From contig JASTWF010000337.1 in the NCBI GenBank assembly GCA_030390025.1, positions 434,001 through 498,000 on the forward strand: a stretch of DNA of 64,000 nt, written 5' to 3'. This DNA is from Squalus acanthias (taxonomy: Eukaryota). Positions 61,201 to 64,000 of the stretch are shown piece after piece. Each line of letters begins with the position of its first letter. The first letter of the stretch is position 1. The position numbers and the translations under genes were made by a program. The notes beneath the pieces are model-generated. The model saw only the letters and a program-made list of their open reading frames with translations, searched no databases and was not told the origin of the DNA.

Positions 61201-64000
61201 TGGGTACAGTGCTCACTGTGTGGGGTTCAGTGCAGTGTATGGTGTCGGGGTACAGTGCCCACTGTGTGGGGTTCAGTGCAGTGTATGGAGTCTGGGTGCA
61301 GTGCTCACTGTGTGGGGTTCAGTGCAGTGTATGGAGTCTGGGTACAGTGCTCACTCTGTGGGGTTCAGTGTAGTGTATGGTGTCGGGGTACAGTGCCCAC
61401 TGTGTGGGGTTCAGTGCAGTGTATGGAGTCTGGTACAGTGCTCACTGTGTGGGGTTCAGTGCAGTGTATGGTGTCGGGGTTCAGTGCAGTGTATGGAGTC
61501 TGGGTGCAGTGCTCACTGTGTGGGGTACAGTGCTGTGTATGGAGTCTGCTACAGTGCCCACTGTGTGGGGTACAGTGCAGTGTATAGTGTCTGGGTACTG
61601 TGCTCACTGTGTGGGGTTCAGTGCAGTGTATGGTGTCGGGGTTCAGTGCAGTGTATGGTGTCGGGGTACAGTGCCCACTGTGTGGGGTTCAGTGCAGTGT
61701 ATGGAGTCGGGGTACAGTGCTCACTGTGTGGGGTTCAGTGCAGTGTATGGAGTCTGGGTTCAGTGCTCACTGTGTGGGGTTCAGTGCAGTGTATGGTGTC
61801 GGGGTACAGTTCACTGTGTGGGGTTCAGTGCAGTGTATGGAGTCTGGGTACAGTGCTCACTGTGTGGGGTTCAGTGCAGTGTATGGAGTCTGGGTACATG
61901 GGCCCACTGTGTGGGGTACAGTGCAGTGTATGGTGTCGGGGTTCAGTGTAGTGTATGGTGTCGGGGTACAGTGCAGTGTATGGAGTCTGGGTACAGTGCT
62001 CACTGTGTGGGGTACAGTGCAGTGTATGGAGTCTGGGTTCAGTGCAGTGTATGGAGTCTGGGTTTAGTGCAGTGTATGGAGTCTGGGTACAGTGCTCAAT
62101 GTGTGGGGTTCAGTGCAGTGTATGGAGTCTGGGTACAGTGCAGTGTGTGGAGTCTGGGTTCAGTGCAGTGTATGGTGTCTGGGTACTGTGCAGTGTATGG
62201 AGTCTGGGTACAGTGCTCACTGTGTGGGGTTCAGTGCAGTGTATGGAGTCTGGGTTCAGTGCTCACTGTGTGGGGTTCAGTGCAGTGTATGGAGTCTGGG
62301 TACAGCGCTCACTGTGTGGGGTTCAGTGCAGTGTATGGAGTCTGGGTTCAGTGCTCACTGTGTGGGGTTCAGTGCAGTGTATGGAGTCTGGGTTCAGTGC
62401 TCACTGTGTGGGGTTCAGTGCAGTGTATGGAGTCTGGGTTCAGTGGTCACTGTGTGGGGTTCAGTGCAGTGTATGGAGTCTGGGTACAGTGCTCACTGTG
62501 TGGGGTTCAGTGCAGTGTATGGAGTCTGGGTTCAGTGCTCACTGTGTGGGGTTCAGTGCAGTGTATGGTGTCGGGGTACAGTTCACTGTGTGGGGTTCAG
62601 TGCAGTGTATGTAGTCTGGGTACAGTGCTCACTGTGTGGGGTTCAGTGCAGTGTATGGAGTCTGGGTACATGGGCCCACTGTGTGGGGTACAGTGCAGTG
62701 TATGGTGTCGGGGTTCAGTGTAGTGTATGGTGTCGGGGTACAGTGCAGTGTATGGAGTCTGGGTACAGTGCTCACTGTGTGGGGTACAGTGCAGTGTATG
62801 GAGTCTGGGTTCAGTGCAGTGTATGGAGTCTGGGTTTAGTGCAGTGTATGGAGTCTGGGTACAGTGCTCAATGTGTGGGGTTCAGTGCAGTGTATGGAGT
62901 CTGGGTACAGTGCAGTGTGTGGAGTCTGGGTTCAGTGCAGTGTATGGTGTCTGGGTACTGTGCAGTGTATGGAGTCTGGGTACAGTGCTCACTGTGTGGG
63001 GTTCAGTGCAGTGTATGGAGTCTGGGTTCAGTGCTCACTGTGTGGGGTTCAGTGCAGTGTATGGAGTCTGGGTACAGCGCTCACTGTGTGGGGTTCAGTG
63101 CAGTGTATGGAGTCTGGGTTCAGTGCTCACTGTGTGGGGTTCAGTGCAGTGTATGGAGTCTGGGTTCAGTGGTCACTGTGTGGGGTTCAGTGCAGTGTAT
63201 GGAGTCGGGGTACAGCGCTCACTGTGTGGGGTTCAGTGCAGTGTATGGAGTCGGGGTACAGCGCTCACTGTGTGGGGTTCAGTGCAGTGTATGGAGTCGG
63301 GGTACAGTGCTCACTGTGTGGGGTTCAGTGCAGTGTATGGAGTCTGGGTACAGCGCTCACTGTGTGGGGTTCAGTGCAGTGTATGGAGTCTGGGTACAGC
63401 GCTCACTGTGTGGGGTTCAGTGCAGTGTATGGAGTCGGGGTACAGTGCTCACTGTGTGGGGTTCAGTGCAGTGTATGGTGTCGGGGTTCAGTGCAGTGTA
63501 TGGTGTTGGGGTACAGTGCAGTGTATGGTGTCGGGGTACAGTGTCCACTGTGTGGGGTTCAGTGCAGTGTATGGAGTCTGGGTACAGTGCTCACTGTGTG
63601 GGGTTCAGTGCAGTGTCTGGAGTCTGGGTACAGTGCAGTGTATGGTGTCGGGGTTCAGTGCAGTGTATGGAGTCTGGGTACAGTGCAGTGTATGGTGTCG
63701 GGGTTCAGTGCAGTGTATGGAGTCTGGGTTCAGTGCAGTGTATGGAGTCGGGGTTCAGTGCAGTGTATGGTGTCGGGGTTCAGTGCAATGTATGGAGTCT
63801 GGGTTCAGTGCTCACTGTGTGGTGTTCAGTGCAGTGTATGGAGTCTGGGTGCAGTGCTCACTGTGTGGGGTTCAGTGCAGTGTATGGTGTCGGGGTTCAG
63901 TGCCCACTGTGTGGGGTACAGTGCAGTGTATGGAGTCTGGGTACAGTGCTCACTGTGTGGGGTTCAGTGCAGTGTATGGAGTCTGGGTACAGTGCTCACT
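43273..64000. repeat. Satellite block B (>20 kb, runs off the window) with higher-order repeats
   Basis: cagtgcagtgtatggWgtcKgggtW (25 bp) and cagtgcYcactgtgtggggtW (21 bp) in irregular order. Confidence 0.98.

Noticed and set aside
40926..62839. Very long Cys/Val/Gly-rich ORFs (up to 1142 aa)
   Set aside because: All three plus frames are open and cycle through the same peptides because the 25/21-bp monomers lack stops; no frame is preserved, so these are satellite artefacts

Overview
Repeat-dense vertebrate genomic DNA. The CR1, L2, Deu-type SINE and Penelope content suggests a cartilaginous fish (inference). Five phase-consistent, minus-strand coding exons of SGSM3 (SH3 and RUN region) are recognisable at 33405-33459, 26779-26828, 16843-16995, 16365-16435 and 2098-2146, so most or all of the window is SGSM3 intron. 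The main unannotated structure is a 13.7-kb LTR retroelement (2393-16116), antisense to SGSM3. It has two ~540-bp LTRs about 98% identical, consensus TGTTAG...CTAACA termini, a tRNA-Asn-like primer-binding site and a polypurine tract, and it splits a 62-bp minisatellite. Its interior shows no recognisable gag/pol, only relic frames plus ~8 kb of nested LINE, SINE and Penelope pieces. Also present: a LINE family with a tRNA-like (Pol III) head fused to its endonuclease ORF (two copies), a minimal hammerhead ribozyme motif in a Penelope-type end, a TIR element and several minisatellites. A >23-kb satellite of 25-bp and 21-bp monomers with kb-scale higher-order repeats (40951-64000) produces the long spurious ORFs. 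All alignments and counts were made by eye, and repeat boundaries are approximate.
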